Positions 19,410 to 28,318 are shown, counted from the first letter of the stretch. The stretch: DNA of 64,000 bases from Gammaproteobacteria bacterium (GCA_035513215.1 DATKCK010000005.1:45733-109732); one strand, 5' to 3'. The notes: generated by a model not told the origin, from the letters alone. Numbers and translations: made by a program.

Positions 19410-19986
19410 GCTGATGCGCTACCTGGGCGGAGCCGCGCTCAATCTCGCCATAGTGCTCGTGATCGTGCGGTTCATCTACTATCCCGTCACTCAGGACAAG
19501 CGCTACGTTCTGACTTTCGTCACTTTCAGCACGCTCACGTATTTCGTTCTCGGGCTCCTGACGAGCGTCGACCTCAGCATCGGTGTCGGGTTCGGTCTCT
19601 TTGCGATCTTCTCGGTGCTTCGATATCGAACCGACGAGATGCCGCCGCGCGAGATGACCTATCTTTTTGTCTCCATCGCGCTGCCGATCATGAACTCCGT
19701 CCTGATGGAGGACGGTGAAATCACGCAACTCCTGGCGTCGAATGCCTTCGTCGTTGTCGTGCTCTATGTGCTCGAGAAGGGTTGGGGGTTCAGATTCGAC
19801 GAAAGCAGGAATGTGATCTACGATCGGATCGAGCTCGTCGCGCCGGAGCGGCGCGCCGAGCTGGTGGCCGATCTCAAGGCGCGAACCGGCCTCGCGATCA
19901 AGTCGGTCGAGGTCGCGCGGCTCGATCTTTTGCGCGATATCGCGGAGCTTCGGATTACCTACTCGCACGGAGAGAGAGTTTCATGA
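19396..19986 (+). CDS. DUF4956 membrane protein (usual partner of bacterial VTC-domain proteins)
   Basis: TM helices plus the family block GFGLFAIFSVLRYRTDEMPPREMTYLFVSIALPIMNS. 14-nt overlap with the VTC gene. Confidence 0.7.
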   Translation: MSSAELMRYLGGAALNLAIVLVIVRFIYYPVTQDKRYVLTFVTFSTLTYFVLGLLTSVDLSIGVGFGLFAIFSVLRYRTDEMPPREMTYLFVSIALPIMNSVLMEDGEITQLLASNAFVVVVLYVLEKGWGFRFDESRNVIYDRIELVAPERRAELVADLKARTGLAIKSVEVARLDLLRDIAELRITYSHGERVS

Positions 19987-21245
19987 AGAGCAGCTTAGCG
20001 GGCGGCATCGCCCTCACCGCCCTGGGTTTGTGCCTTTGCGCCGCATCGGGCGCGCAGGATCTCGTCGTGACCAACGCGCGCATCGTCGACGGCGCCGGCG
20101 GCGTCATCGAGAGCGGGACGGTAGTGATCGACGACGGCGTAATCACATCGGTGGATGCAGGTTCCGCGAGCCTCGCGGGCGCGATCGTCATCGACGCCGA
20201 AGGCCGCACGGTGATGCCGGGCTTCATCGACGCCCACCGTCACCTCGGTGGAGGCGCGCCGAACTGGCTCGACGAGGCCCCGGCCGCGATGCAGGCGTGG
20301 CTCGACGCGGGCTTCACCACGATCCTCGATGCGCTCGCCGTCGGCCCGATGATGGGCCAGTACGGGGAGCTCAGGCAGCGGATCGAGTCGGGCGAGATCG
20401 CGGGCCCGCGCCTGAAGTTGTCCGGCATGGTGCCGGTGAATCAGACGGCGATGCCGCAGGGAGTCTCCGACCCCGCGCGTGCCGACCCGGCGCGGATCCC
20501 GCTCGGGGAGCGCGCGCCGGTCGACGCCACGCCGCCGGAACAGGCGCGCGCGATGGTGGATGCCTTCGCCGCCCAGGGCGCGGACAACATCAAGATCATT
20601 TTAGTCGCGAGCCCGAAGGGCGACGATGTCGCGACACTCAGGGCGATCGCCGACCAGGCGCACATGCACGGCATGCGGATGATCACGCACACGACCTCGG
20701 TCGCCGATGCGCTCGAGGCAGCGGAGGGCGGTACCGACTACTTCGCGCATACGCCGCATATCGGCTGGGTCGACGACGGCGACGCCGCCCGGCGCCTCGT
20801 CGCGACGGGCGCGCCGATGGTGAGCACGCTCGGCGTGTTCACGCCCTACTATGGATCCGAAGGCGACGGCCTCTTCCGCGACTTCGGCGAGTTTCCGTTC
20901 GACGCAACGCTGCACAGCGCAGGTCAGGGGCCGGTCAACCTCCGCCTGCTCGCGGATGCGGGGATGACCGTCTGCTACGGCACCGACACGAGCTTCTCGC
21001 CGAGCGAGTCGCTGCGCCACGAGATCACGGCCCTGGTCTCGGTGTTCTCGCCGGCCGACATCGTGAAGATGCTGACGGGCAACGCCGCGGTTTGTACCGG
21101 CGACGCCGACGTCACCGGCACGCTCGCGGTCGGCAAGGCGGGCGATCTCGTGATCGTCGAAGGCGATCCGCTGACGGATATTTTCGCCGTGCTCGACGTG
21201 GTCCTGGTCGCGAAGGGCGGTGAGGTCGTGTCGGATCGGCGGTAG
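19983..21245 (+). CDS. Exported amidohydrolase-family metallohydrolase
   Basis: ATG at 19983 overlaps the upstream TGA (ATGA). Signal peptide MKSSLAGGIALTALGLCLCAASGA. Metal motif PGFIDAHRHL. Typical N-terminal beta-sandwich (VVTNARIVDGAGGVIESGTVVIDDGVI). Confidence 0.8.
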   Translation: MKSSLAGGIALTALGLCLCAASGAQDLVVTNARIVDGAGGVIESGTVVIDDGVITSVDAGSASLAGAIVIDAEGRTVMPGFIDAHRHLGGGAPNWLDEAPAAMQAWLDAGFTTILDALAVGPMMGQYGELRQRIESGEIAGPRLKLSGMVPVNQTAMPQGVSDPARADPARIPLGERAPVDATPPEQARAMVDAFAAQGADNIKIILVASPKGDDVATLRAIADQAHMHGMRMITHTTSVADALEAAEGGTDYFAHTPHIGWVDDGDAARRLVATGAPMVSTLGVFTPYYGSEGDGLFRDFGEFPFDATLHSAGQGPVNLRLLADAGMTVCYGTDTSFSPSESLRHEITALVSVFSPADIVKMLTGNAAVCTGDADVTGTLAVGKAGDLVIVEGDPLTDIFAVLDVVLVAKGGEVVSDRR

Positions 21246-21277
21246 GAGACGGATCAGCTCGGCCGCAGCGGCCCGGC

Positions 21278-21838
21278 CTAGAGGCCGAGCGCCGCCGCAT
21301 CCGCGAGAACCGTGTCGAGATCGGGACGGGTCCGGTAGGTCGGCTCCATGTACCGGGCGAGAATCGTGCCGCTGCGATCGACGATGTAGAGGATCGGTCG
21401 CGGCACACCGAAAGCCGCGCTGCCGACCGGATACTGCGTATCGCGGATCCCGAGTTCCTCGTTGATGTCGCCATTCGGGTCGGCGAGCATCGTGTAGCCG
21501 ATGTCCTGCGCGTCGGCGAATTGCGCGATCAGCGGCACCTCGTCGACGCTGACCGTTACCACGCTGAAGCCGAGCGCCTCGAACTCTGCGAGCCTCGAGT
21601 TCACTTCGGCGAGCTGGCGCTGGCAGAACGGGCACCAGTCGGCGGACCGCACGAAGATCACGGCGGCTCCCTTCTCGCCGAGGAGCCCGGCGAGAGACCG
21701 CATCTGCCCGTTCTGATCCGGCGCCTCGAGCGCATGTGGGAAGGGCTGGCCGACCGCCGGTCCCGGAATCTCGTCCTCGGCGCGCGCGGTCGAGATGGCG
21801 ATAAGCGCGATCGATGCCAGTAACAGCTTCGCCTTCAT
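21278..21838 (-). CDS. Exported thioredoxin-fold redoxin (AhpC/TSA-type with WCPFC)
   Basis: ATG at 21838. Signal peptide MKAKLLLASIALIAISTARA. Active-site SADWCPFCQRQL. 5 nt downstream of the sugar dehydrogenase gene. Confidence 0.8.
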   Translation of the reverse strand: MKAKLLLASIALIAISTARAEDEIPGPAVGQPFPHALEAPDQNGQMRSLAGLLGEKGAAVIFVRSADWCPFCQRQLAEVNSRLAEFEALGFSVVTVSVDEVPLIAQFADAQDIGYTMLADPNGDINEELGIRDTQYPVGSAAFGVPRPILYIVDRSGTILARYMEPTYRTRPDLDTVLADAAALGL

Positions 21839-21843
21839 GGTCG

Positions 21844-23082
21844 CTACTCCCGTGGTGATATTCTGAGCAGTGTAGGATTGGCGTCGTCCGTGATCAGATA
21901 GAGTAACCCATCCGGCCCCTGGCGGACGTCGCGGATGCGCGCCCGCAACGGGCCGAGCAGGCTTTCGCGGCGCAGCTCCTCGAAGTTCTCGTTGACGACG
22001 ATGCGCTCGAGCCCGCCGGTGCCCGGGATCTCTCCGCGCCTGGCGCTGCCGACGAAAAGATTGCCGCTCCATTCGGGGAAACGATCGCCGAGATAGAACA
22101 TCAGTCCCGTCGGCGCGATCGAAGGCAGGAAAAGAACGAGCGGCTGCTCGGTGTCGGGCCCGAGCGGTCGTTCCGAGTGCCGCGGGCCCTCGTAGCTGCG
22201 GCCGAAGCTGTAATCCGGCCAGCCGTAGTTGCGGCCAGGCTGAATGCGATTGATCTCGTCGCCGCCGTTCGGCCCGTGCTCGGCGGCGAGCACCGTTCCG
22301 GTCGGCTGATGCACGGTCAGGCCGAGCTGATCCCGATGCCCGAGCGTGAACACCTCGCCCCGCGCGCCGGGCGTGCCGACGAAGGGGTTGTCGTCCGGTA
22401 TCGATCCGTCCTCGTTCAGGCGCAGCACCTTGCCGTAGATGTTGTCCGTGTGCTGTCCTTCGCCGCCGAAAGGCGCGCCGGTGGTCATATAGAGATAGCC
22501 GTCGCCGAATGCGAGTCGCGATCCGCTTCCGCCCGCCACGGCTTCTCCCTCGAGCAATACCTCCGGCGAAACGAGCACGCCGTCGGCGTATCGCGCCCGC
22601 GCCAGAGTCGCGATCGATGTCGCCTGGCCGTCGGCATTCGCCGGCCCCGTCGCGTTGTAGGTGTAATAGACGAGCTGATTGCCCTCGAAGTCGGGATGGA
22701 CGGCGATCTCGTGCATGCCGCCCGTGCGTCCGACGCCGCGCGGCGGCCCCCCGGCGATGGGCGTTTCGACGAGCGCCGTTTCGCCACGCGCACCGGTCGC
22801 ATCGCGCACGAGTCTCAAGCCGACGCCGCGCTCGGAGATCAGCGCGTCGCCCGAAGGCAGGAACGCGAGACTGAACGGGCGAGCGAAGCCCGTGACGACC
22901 GTCTCGACGCGAATCCCGCCTTGCTCGGCCGTCTCGAACTCGAACGGTCCGGCGGCGAGATCGACGGGGCGAAAGCCGAGGTCGGGGGCCTGGGCATGCG
23001 CCGCGCCCGCGAGTAACGCCGCGATTGCGAGCGTTGCCAGTGAGCGTGAGGAAGAGTTCGGTAACGAGTAACTTGCTTGCAT
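21844..23082 (-). CDS. PQQ-dependent sugar dehydrogenase (soluble glucose/sorbosone dehydrogenase, YliI type), paralog 1
   Basis: Signal peptide, then family block EHGPNGGDEINRIQPGRNYGWP and C-terminal RDVRQGPDGLLYLITD. Confidence 0.85.
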   Translation of the reverse strand: MQASYSLPNSSSRSLATLAIAALLAGAAHAQAPDLGFRPVDLAAGPFEFETAEQGGIRVETVVTGFARPFSLAFLPSGDALISERGVGLRLVRDATGARGETALVETPIAGGPPRGVGRTGGMHEIAVHPDFEGNQLVYYTYNATGPANADGQATSIATLARARYADGVLVSPEVLLEGEAVAGGSGSRLAFGDGYLYMTTGAPFGGEGQHTDNIYGKVLRLNEDGSIPDDNPFVGTPGARGEVFTLGHRDQLGLTVHQPTGTVLAAEHGPNGGDEINRIQPGRNYGWPDYSFGRSYEGPRHSERPLGPDTEQPLVLFLPSIAPTGLMFYLGDRFPEWSGNLFVGSARRGEIPGTGGLERIVVNENFEELRRESLLGPLRARIRDVRQGPDGLLYLITDDANPTLLRISPRE

Positions 23083-23174
23083 CGATCAGCTCCGTTGCTG
23101 CCGGAGCGTAGCCCGGCTCACCGCGCCAATGATCCCGGGCAGCCAGGGCGTTTGCAATCGGCTACGATAACCTG

Positions 23175-24008
23175 ATGAGCCGTTTGGGGGTTGCATGGAT
23201 CAGTCTGCTGCTCGGCGTGCCCGCGCTCGCTCAGCAGCCGTTCCGCGAGCTGATGCCCTACGAGCGCGACTGGGGCGTCGGCGCCGTGTTGCCGGCCGAT
23301 CACGACGTGCCCGGCGAGTTCGTCGTCGGGCGCCTCATGTTCCCCCAGGTTCGGTCCGGTAACGTCCTCGGTGCCGGCGGCGGCGACTGGCGCCGCGGCG
23401 GCACGGCCTGGGCCGTCGATTACCCGCGCGGCGATCGTACTTTTGCCGCGCTATTGAAGCGCCTGAGCCAGATCGACGTGCGTTCGGCCGAGCAGCCGGT
23501 CAACCTCGACGATATCGACGACGTCTTCCACTGGCCGTTCATGATCTCCGGTCTCGTCGGCGCCTGGGACCTGACGGACTCGCAGGCCAGGAAGCTGCGC
23601 GAGTATTTGTTGCGCGGCGGTTTCCTGCTCTGCGACAGTTTCTACGGGTCCAACGAGTGGGCCGGGTTCGAGGCAGGCATCAAGCGCGTCTTTCCCGATC
23701 GCCCGATCATCGAGCTGCCCGACGACCATCCGATCTTTCATATCGTCTTCGATCTCACCGACAAGCCACAGGTGCCGACCTGGCAGCATCTCGATCGGCG
23801 CGGCGGCGGCGGCTATCGCAATGACGGCGCCGAGCCGCACTGGCGCGCGATCCTCGACGACGACGGCCGCGTCATGGTCATGATCACGTTCAACAACGAC
23901 ATCGCCGACGGCTGGCAGAGAGCCGACGAATCCGACTATCCGCAGCTTGCGTCGACGCTTGCGATCCGGCTCGGCGTCAACTTCGCCGTCTACGCGATGA
24001 CGCGCTGA
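23175..24008 (+). CDS. DUF4159-domain protein (exported)
   Basis: Signal peptide MSRLGVAWISLLLGVPALA. Family blocks WAVDYPRGDRTFAALLKRLSQIDV, HWPFMISGLVGAWDLTDSQARKLREYLLRGGFLLCDSFYG, DDHPIFH. Confidence 0.7.
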   Translation: MSRLGVAWISLLLGVPALAQQPFRELMPYERDWGVGAVLPADHDVPGEFVVGRLMFPQVRSGNVLGAGGGDWRRGGTAWAVDYPRGDRTFAALLKRLSQIDVRSAEQPVNLDDIDDVFHWPFMISGLVGAWDLTDSQARKLREYLLRGGFLLCDSFYGSNEWAGFEAGIKRVFPDRPIIELPDDHPIFHIVFDLTDKPQVPTWQHLDRRGGGGYRNDGAEPHWRAILDDDGRVMVMITFNNDIADGWQRADESDYPQLASTLAIRLGVNFAVYAMTR

Positions 24009-24012
24009 AACC

Positions 24013-24591
24013 ATGGAACGCCGCCGCCTGCTGACCGGTTTGTGTGCTCTGGGCGTGGGCACGCCGCGTATCGGCCGAGCGCAGGCGAGCGCCCCTCCGG
24101 ATGCGTCGGCGCCGCCCCGGGAGGATGACCGGCTCGTCTTTGCCTATGGCGATCGTGCGGGGCAGGTCGTGGAGCCCGGGGATCTCGCCGTCGGCTCCCG
24201 GCAGGTGTTTGCCTTTCCGATGGATCCCGTCGCCGAGGTTGTTCGCAACGCTAATCGCCTCAATCAGATCGTCGTCGTCAGGCTCGATCCGGGCTGGCTC
24301 AGCGAGGAGACGAGGGCGAGATCGGCCGACGGCATCGTGGCGTACTCCGGCGTTTGCACGCACACGGGCTGCGACATCGATATCTGGGTCGAGGAGCAGA
24401 ATCGCCTGCAGTGCATGTGCCACGAGTCTCAGTTCGATCCGGCCGACGCGGCGCGCGTCGTCGGCGGCCCCGCGCCATCGCAGCTCGCGGCGTTGCCGCT
24501 GAAGCTCGTCGAGGGGCGCCTCGCCGTGGCAGGCCCGTTTTTCGGTCGGGTCGGGTTTCAACAGCCCGGGCTCGATCCTTTCGGTTTATGA
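24013..24591 (+). CDS. Tat-exported Rieske [2Fe-2S] protein
   Basis: Twin-arginine leader MERRRLLTGLCALGVG. Rieske boxes CTHTGC (24355-24372) and CMCH (24412-24423). Confidence 0.85.
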   Translation: MERRRLLTGLCALGVGTPRIGRAQASAPPDASAPPREDDRLVFAYGDRAGQVVEPGDLAVGSRQVFAFPMDPVAEVVRNANRLNQIVVVRLDPGWLSEETRARSADGIVAYSGVCTHTGCDIDIWVEEQNRLQCMCHESQFDPADAARVVGGPAPSQLAALPLKLVEGRLAVAGPFFGRVGFQQPGLDPFGL

Positions 24592-24611
24592 CCGGAACCC
24601 AGGGGAGTGTC

Positions 24612-26336
24612 ATGAAGCTTGGAACAACGAACCCGGCGCTTGCGATCATCGCCTGCACGTTCGCATTGCTGCCGGTGCCGGTACCGGCGCAGGCAACGCG
24701 CGACTACGCGATCGTCACCGATCAGCGGCTCGTCGATCCGGAGCCTTCGAACTGGCTGATGTTTCGACGAACCTATGACGGTTGGGGCTACAGCCCGCTC
24801 GATGAGATCGACACGGGCAACGTCGGTCGGCTCGAGCCCGTTTGGACGATATCGACCGGCATTACGGAAGGACATCAGGCGCCGCCTGTCGTCAACGATG
24901 GCGTGATGTTCATTACCACGCCGCTCAATCGCGTGCTCGCGCTCGATGCCGAAAGCGGCGACGTGCTCTGGACGTACGTCCGCCAGATACCCCCCGACTA
25001 CAGCCTCATCCACCCGACCAATCGCGGCGTCGCGCTCTACGGCGACAAGGTCTACATGGCGACGCTCGATGCCGTCGTCGTCGCCCTCGATGCGATGACC
25101 GGACAGGTCGTCTGGGAGCGGCCGGTAGAGGACTATCACACGGGCTACTACATGACGATGGCGCCCCTGACCGTGAACGGGCGTGTGCTCGTCGGCGTAT
25201 CGGGCGGCGAGCGCGGCGTTCGCGGCTTCGTCACGGCGCTCGACGCCGAAACCGGAGAGGAGGTCTGGAAGTCGTACACGATTCCGGGGCCCGGAGAGTT
25301 CGGCAACGACACCTGGCCCGGCGATACCTGGGAGCACGGCGGCGCGCCGGTATGGCTGACGGGCACGTTCGATCCCGAGCTCAATCTGACCTACTGGGGC
25401 ACGGGCAATCCCGGGCCCTGGATCGGTGACGCGCGTCCCGGCGACAATCTCTACACGAACTCCGTCGTCGCGCTCGACGCCGATACGGGCGAGCTCAGGG
25501 GTTACCACCAGTATCACTGGAACGGATCCTGGGACTGGGACGAGGTATCGACGCCCTTGCTCGTCGACGTCGAGCGCGACGGCCGCGTCATCCCGAGCCT
25601 CATTCATCCGGCGCGAAACGGATACCTCTGGTGGCTCGAGCGCGGCGAGGACGGCATCGGTTTCATCGACGCGAAGCCATATGTCTATCAGGACGTCTTC
25701 GCGAGCGTTGATCCCGTCACCGGGCGTCCGGCATACAACATGGACCGCAAGCCCGGCATGGAACGCCCGGCGACGTTCTGCCCGGCGCCGCACGGCGGCA
25801 AGAACTGGCCTCCGGCCGCCTACAACCCCGAAACGCGTTTGCTCTATATCCCCGCCAACAACAATCTTTGCTCGACGATGGCGGGACAGGAGGTCGAATA
25901 CCGGCCCGGGGCCGGATACGCGGGCGTGCGGTTTCTCGGCGGCAGCATGGTCGAAGGCGCCGACCACGTCGGTGAGCTTCAGGCCTGGAACCTCGACACC
26001 GGCGAGCGCGTCTGGATGCGCGAGTTCGGCGAGTTCGCGAACTGGGGCCCGATCCTGACGACCGGCGGCGGTCTCGTCTTCCAGGGCGGCACGGCCGATC
26101 GCTGGTTCCGCGCCTTCGACGCCGAGACCGGCGAGCTGCTCTGGCGCGAGCGCCTGAATTCCGGGGTCATCGGCGTGCCGACGACGTACGAGATCGATGG
26201 GACGCAGTACATTGCCGTGCAGGCGGGCTGGGGCAGCGACGCGGCCGGCTCGCAGCGCACGGTCGACGGCCATTTCGGCAATCCCGAGACGATCGTGCCG
26301 CAGGGCGGCGTGGTTTGGGTATTCGCATTGCGCTGA
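24612..26336 (+). CDS. PQQ-dependent dehydrogenase (eight-bladed quinoprotein, methanol/ethanol-dehydrogenase superfamily)
   Basis: ATG at 24612 after a gggga SD-like motif. Signal peptide. Blocks WLMFRRTYDGWGYSPLDEI, GHQAPPVVNDGVMF, GERGVRGFVTALDAETGEEVW, NLTYWGTGNPGPW, RPGDNLYTNSVVALDADTGE, SWDWDE, NGYLWWLER. The ORF-track start at 24354 overlaps the Rieske gene. Confidence 0.85.
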   Translation: MKLGTTNPALAIIACTFALLPVPVPAQATRDYAIVTDQRLVDPEPSNWLMFRRTYDGWGYSPLDEIDTGNVGRLEPVWTISTGITEGHQAPPVVNDGVMFITTPLNRVLALDAESGDVLWTYVRQIPPDYSLIHPTNRGVALYGDKVYMATLDAVVVALDAMTGQVVWERPVEDYHTGYYMTMAPLTVNGRVLVGVSGGERGVRGFVTALDAETGEEVWKSYTIPGPGEFGNDTWPGDTWEHGGAPVWLTGTFDPELNLTYWGTGNPGPWIGDARPGDNLYTNSVVALDADTGELRGYHQYHWNGSWDWDEVSTPLLVDVERDGRVIPSLIHPARNGYLWWLERGEDGIGFIDAKPYVYQDVFASVDPVTGRPAYNMDRKPGMERPATFCPAPHGGKNWPPAAYNPETRLLYIPANNNLCSTMAGQEVEYRPGAGYAGVRFLGGSMVEGADHVGELQAWNLDTGERVWMREFGEFANWGPILTTGGGLVFQGGTADRWFRAFDAETGELLWRERLNSGVIGVPTTYEIDGTQYIAVQAGWGSDAAGSQRTVDGHFGNPETIVPQGGVVWVFALR

Positions 26337-26343
26337 TTCCGGC

Positions 26344-26961
26344 ATGAACGTTCAGCGGCTCAAGGAGGCCGAAGCGGCGTTTCTCGAGCGGTTTCCGCTC
26401 GGTTTCGCGGATCCCGGGCTCGAGACGATTCGCAAGCGTCACAATGTCGACAAGCTCGCCGAATTCGCCGGCGACAAGCTCGATGCGCTTTCGTTCTCGC
26501 AGCCTGAGAAGCTCTCCGCCCTGCTGATCACGATCATCGGACGCTCATCGATGGTGTCGCGATTCGAGAAGGCGCCGTTCCGGGACTTTATCGGCGCGCT
26601 GAGTTCGAAAGAGAAAAGCCGGCTCGCCAACGCGTTCGAGAAGCGACTCGTCGGTCGCAGGAAACGACAAGGCTTCGACGAGATCGTCGACCTGTTCTCG
26701 CGCTACAAGCTCGCGCGCTGGTCGCTCGTCTCGGCAGTGCCGTTCTATTTCGCGCCGAAGCGGGAGGCGTTCGTCAAACCGACGACGGCGAAGAAAATCA
26801 TTGCGCGGCTCGAGGTCGATGGACTCGACTATCACTCACGGCCGAGCTGGGCGTTCTACGAGGGGTATCGCAAGCTGATTCTCGACATCAAGGAACTCAT
26901 CGAGCCGAGCCTGGCGCCAAACAACGCCGCGATCACCGGAGTCTTGATGTATGCTCTTTGA
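26344..26961 (+). CDS. Hypothetical cytoplasmic protein (205 aa)
   Basis: ATG at 26344, 7 nt after the PQQ-dehydrogenase stop. No signal peptide and no motif I recognise. Looks less GC-rich than its neighbours by eye. Confidence 0.55.
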   Translation: MNVQRLKEAEAAFLERFPLGFADPGLETIRKRHNVDKLAEFAGDKLDALSFSQPEKLSALLITIIGRSSMVSRFEKAPFRDFIGALSSKEKSRLANAFEKRLVGRRKRQGFDEIVDLFSRYKLARWSLVSAVPFYFAPKREAFVKPTTAKKIIARLEVDGLDYHSRPSWAFYEGYRKLILDIKELIEPSLAPNNAAITGVLMYAL

Positions 26962-26971
26962 CCGGCGCGCT

Positions 26972-28318
26972 TCAGTGCGCGCGCGCGATCCGGTCGTTGA
27001 TCAGGTTCTCGATGCGTTCCTGCTTGCCGCTGATTGACGCCGGTTCGCTGACGGCGGCAGCATGGTCGCGCAGGTCGGTCAGTGTCAGGTGGCCTGCCTC
27101 GAAATCCCTGCCATAGCCTGCGTCGAAGCTCGCATAGCGAGCCTGCCGGTCGGCTGTCAGCGGCGAGCTTTCGAGCAAGTCGGTCGCAATCAGCAGGGCG
27201 CGCGCGAACGTGTCGATGCCGCCGATATGGGCGATGAACAGGTCCTCGGGATCGGTCGACTCGCGGCGCAGCTTCGCGTCGAAATTGAGTCCGCCGGTCC
27301 TGAAGCCGCCGTCCGCGAGCACGACCAGCAAGGCATCGACGGCGTCGTAGAGGTTCGTCGCGAACTGATCGGTATCCCAGCCGTTCTGCGGATTGCCGCG
27401 GTTGGCGTCGATCGATCCCAAAAGTCCCGCATCCGCGCAGACTTTGAGCTCGTGACCGAAGCTCTTGCCGGCGAGCGTCGCGTGGTTCGCCTCGACATTC
27501 ACCTTGAAGTCGTTGGTTAGGCCGTAGTGTCTTAGGAAGCCGACGACGGCGGCCGCGTCGGAGTCGTACTGATGGTACATCGGCTCCATCGGTTTCGGCT
27601 CGATCAGGAAGGTGCCGTCGAACCCGATCGAGCGGCCGTAATCGCGAGCCATCGACAGGAAGCGCGCCAGGTGGTCGAGCTCGCGTCCGATCTCGGTGTT
27701 GAAGAGGCACGAGTAACCCTCGCGGCCGCCCCAGAAGACATAGTTCTCGCCGCCGAGCGCAACCGTTGCGTCGAGCGCGGCCTTGACCTGGGCGCCGGCG
27801 TGCGCGACGACGTCGAACTCGGGATTCGTCGCGGCGCCGTTCATGTAGCGCGGATGCGAGAAGAGATTCGCGGTGCCCCAGAGCAACCGGATGCTGGTGG
27901 CCTGCTGACGCTCCCCGGCGAGCTCGACCATCGAGGCCAGGCGGCGTTCGCTTTCGGCAACGCTCGCCCCGTCCGGGGCGAGGTCGCGATCGTGAAAGCA
28001 GTAAAAGGGCACGCCGAGCTTGGAGATGAACTCGAAGGCGGCATCGATGCGATCGCGCGCCTGGTCCATCGGGTCCGGGCGGATCGCCCAGGGGTAGCTT
28101 CGCGTCCCGGGACCGAACGGATCGTTGCCCGTGCCGAGGAACGTGTGCCAGTAGCAGACCGAGAAGCGAAGATGCTCGCGCATCGTCTTCTGGCCGACGA
28201 CACGGTTCTCGTCGTAAACCTTGAATGCCAGCGGATTGTCCGAATCGGGGCCTTCGAACGGAATCCGGCCGATGCCGGGAAAGAACTCCGTACGGCCGAT
28301 GAATGGTTTCGTGCTCAT
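26972..28318 (-). CDS. xylA: Xylose isomerase
   Basis: [36 protein letters not shown]..., [44 protein letters not shown] at 28318. The ORF-track N-terminal extension overlaps xylB. Confidence 0.92.
   Translation of the reverse strand: MSTKPFIGRTEFFPGIGRIPFEGPDSDNPLAFKVYDENRVVGQKTMREHLRFSVCYWHTFLGTGNDPFGPGTRSYPWAIRPDPMDQARDRIDAAFEFISKLGVPFYCFHDRDLAPDGASVAESERRLASMVELAGERQQATSIRLLWGTANLFSHPRYMNGAATNPEFDVVAHAGAQVKAALDATVALGGENYVFWGGREGYSCLFNTEIGRELDHLARFLSMARDYGRSIGFDGTFLIEPKPMEPMYHQYDSDAAAVVGFLRHYGLTNDFKVNVEANHATLAGKSFGHELKVCADAGLLGSIDANRGNPQNGWDTDQFATNLYDAVDALLVVLADGGFRTGGLNFDAKLRRESTDPEDLFIAHIGGIDTFARALLIATDLLESSPLTADRQARYASFDAGYGRDFEAGHLTLTDLRDHAAAVSEPASISGKQERIENLINDRIARAH

Noticed and set aside
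26963-26986. A GCGCGC / ttcagt / GCGCGC mini-hairpin between the convergent hypothetical gene and xylA.
   Set aside because: The stem is only ~6 bp of alternating GC, has no U-tract on either strand, and overlaps the xylA stop codon. It is too weak to call a terminator.
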